Shown here in pieces: positions 61,371 through 64,000 of a stretch of 64,000 bases of DNA. Within the stretch, counting starts at the first letter, position 1, and each line of letters opens with the position of its first letter. The DNA lies in assembly GCA_024704765.1 (NCBI GenBank), contig JAKMXF010000122.1, forward strand, positions 581,068-645,067. Reading direction: 5' to 3'. Made by a program: the position numbers and the translations under genes. Origin of the DNA: Oopsacas minuta (Eukaryota; Animalia; Porifera). The notes beneath the pieces are model-generated. The model worked only from the letters and a program-made list of their open reading frames with translations. It did not search any database and had not been told where the DNA came from.

Positions 61371-62703
61371 TATATCGAAAATCTCTTTGTGTGCACTTTC
61401 GAATAATATCTAGTCTGTGTAGATTGGATGGCAGGAAGTGCATTGCAAGTAGCGGATATTACAGCAATAATTATACAGATATTATAAATATCAAAATAGC
61501 TCAAACAGTATTGACTAAAGGATATAAAAATAGTATTAGTGAATAGGAAGTTTCGAACTAGCGACCTAAAGATAAGAGACACAGCATTTAAAGTTTTACG
61601 TTGACTGAATACTTGCGGGAAAGTTTCTGATTTATAAAGCCTATTTTAGTGCGGGAATTGGTCAGAACAAAGTGCTAAAACTTTAGTGTTCCTTTTCATT
61701 AAAAACTTGCCAAGATCGGTTACAGTAGAGTATTTTGAATATTGCAGTGTAATGAACAGTGATTTTGGTCGCTAAGAGGCAGCATTCTAAGGCGTTGCTA
61801 TGAATTTGAGATATGCTCCGGCCATATGGGGCTAGTTTTCAAACTGAACAACGCACTTTCTGTTTGATGGAAATTGCTACCCAAATCAAGTCCAAAAAGT
61901 AAGTGCTGATTTTCGCTAATAAATTTGAAAATACCCTGGTTCACAAATAGTTAGGAAGGATTTCATCGAAATTCACCCATTTTGCAATGTAGAAACATAA
62001 ATTAATAGCAATTATTGTATTTTGAAACAAAACCACAGTTTGGTGACAATCTTTGATAATTAATTTAAAAACAGTATCTTAGTGTCCAAAACAGGAAAAA
62101 TACCAGCGGAATGCCGTTATTGTTCCCTGCTTTTGAAAATTAAATCTATAAATTATCCCAGTTTCAGGAACAAATATCTAGGAAATTCAAGAAAAAGTAT
62201 CATTTAGCAGGTTTTAGGTAGAAATCGGGAGGGCTGATATATCTTTAATTCTTTGGAAAAACAAAATAGAAAAGTCGTCTCTACATTATCTATTAAGCGA
62301 ATACTGCCGAGAAAATGTGTGATTTTATGACTTCAAAAAGGTGCTAAATCTCGTTCTAGATACGAGAATTGGTTAAAACGAAGTGATGAAATTTAGTATT
62401 TCTTTTCTTCACGAAAGTAAAACTTCAGCTATGATCGGCTAAAGCTTCAACAAACGTAATACATTTCCATAGCAAACATTCCATCATACCAACCATCGTT
62501 TTCAAATTTATTGCTCCACTTTGTATTAAATACAACTGTCTAGCATTCAAGACACTGATTTGTTTGTAGATAGGGTTTCACACTGTAATTTTCATTGGGG
62601 GAATTAATTCTATTGAGGTAAAGTACTATTGTGTGAAAGACTGTTTCATTGTCATTCTTCTATTTCCAAATAGTGCTAATTCAAAATATATTTGCTCTGG
62701 ATT

Positions 62704-63512
62704 CATGGCCTACTATATACATGGCTAGCTAAGTAAGGAATTGCCAAAAGAATTTCCAGGCCATTGATTATATTCTCTGAGATGATGAAGAATTGCAGTT
62801 ATCAATACAAATTCAAACATATATAGGTTTCCACATATGGTGGAGACATCTAGAATACTTTTGAACTTGCTTTCCAAATTAATGTAACCACAATGACGCA
62901 ATCAAAGTTCACCTTCAATAATGGAAAGTATTTTAGAAATAAGTACAAATATTATCGAAACAACCACAAATCTCATGAAAAGAATCATGATTCGTATTAA
63001 CTTAGCACAAAAACACAATAGAAAGACTAATAAATAAACTTATAAAAATGGTTAACCATTATGACTTATTTTGTGTTCGCATACATTTTGATGGAATTTC
63101 TTCGATATTCTAGAATTGACTTTTAATGTTGATTTTCGACAAATATCACAAAAAAGATTATTTAATGAGTGTTTATGAAAAATGAAGATCATCTTTTTGT
63201 TACTTGAACTATCATTTAACAAGTAGAAGGTATTTTGATAAAAATGATTAGTTAAAGTTTTGAGTGTTTCTGAAAAAATTGATAAAAATGAACAAATACG
63301 GGCATGAATTTTGATTGCGTCATTGTGGTTACATTAACTTGGAAAGCAGGTTCAAAAGTATTCCAGAAGTCTCCGCCGTTTGTGCAATCCTATTTACAGT
63401 TAAATTTGTAATGATAACTGCAATCCTTCATGATCAAACAGAATATAATCAATGACCTGGAAATAATTTTGGCAATTCTTTGCTTAGCTAGCCGTGAATA
63501 TAGTAGGGCATG
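62704..63512 (+). mobile_element. Foldback family A, complete copy (809 bp)
   Basis: CATGGCCTACTA..TAGTAGGGCATG termini with the same internal sequence. Confidence 0.9.
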
Positions 63513-63679
63513 GTACAAACTTTGAGAATTTTTGGCTCGTATAGTGCATTTCGTCGTATTATAGAAGTCTTCAGGATTTTACAGGTGTCGGTTTATGCGG
63601 GTCCCATTGTAGATACAAATACCATAAATATTTAACACAGGTAGTAAAATATAGAAGTATATCAACAAAAGGAACTCAC

Positions 63680-63865
63680 TTGTTGAAAAATCTTCATCAA
63701 CAGTAACATTATAACTTGGAAACTCAAATCTAGGCACATTGTCGTTCAAATCATTAATAGAAATCGTAATGGTTGCGGAATCTGACATCACAGGAGAACC
63801 TTGATCTCTAGCTTCAATGGTAAGTGTGATTTCCGCAAAATTCTCCCGATTGGGCAAGGAAGCGC
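63680..63865 (-). CDS. Cadherin-repeat gene, first exon in window (186 bp, phase 1/1)
   Basis: Acceptor TTTCTATAG and donor GTGAGT. Encodes ASLPNRE..EARDQGSP..ITISINDLNDNVPRF..VDED, with cadherin DxNDN-PxF and A-x-D-x-G motifs. Confidence 0.9.
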
Positions 63866-64000
63866 CTATAGAAACGGAATTTAAGGAATAAAATAATCAA
63901 TTCAGTATTATTACTATGACTCTCTTAGTCGAGGAATAATCAAGGAAGAAATAATATTTAGCCCTAAAGATCATTATACAGAATAAGTAATTACTCTAAA

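Noticed and set aside
1-64000. Orientation bias of transposons relative to the host gene
   Set aside because: Coding elements occur on both strands in similar numbers.

Overview
AT-rich eukaryotic (animal) genomic DNA. The only host gene I can support is a cadherin-repeat gene (Fat/Dachsous/protocadherin-like) on the minus strand. Six of its exons (1,467 coding bp, about 5 cadherin repeats) splice in frame across introns of 3.9-17.6 kb, and the gene runs off both ends of the window. The introns are packed with transposons. Three elements have intact ORFs: a Transib/RAG1-core-like element (31074-34074; CACAGTG heptamer ends, asymmetric bipartite TIRs, 5-bp TSD), a hAT element with a 5-bp TSD (19085-21774), and a DD34D mariner nested in a PIF/Harbinger. 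A Chapaev derivative made of two 3' ends forms an 812-bp inverted repeat (28516-30825, 4-bp TSD). Degenerate elements include mariner, Tc1 (DD34E, DD37E, intron-bearing), Chapaev3, Ginger-like, hAT and LINE relics. There are also many foldback/MITE families and a ~105-bp double-hairpin Helitron-like repeat. No rRNA, tRNA or CRISPR array was recognised. All family assignments rest on motif recognition by eye, not database searches, and the species is not identified.
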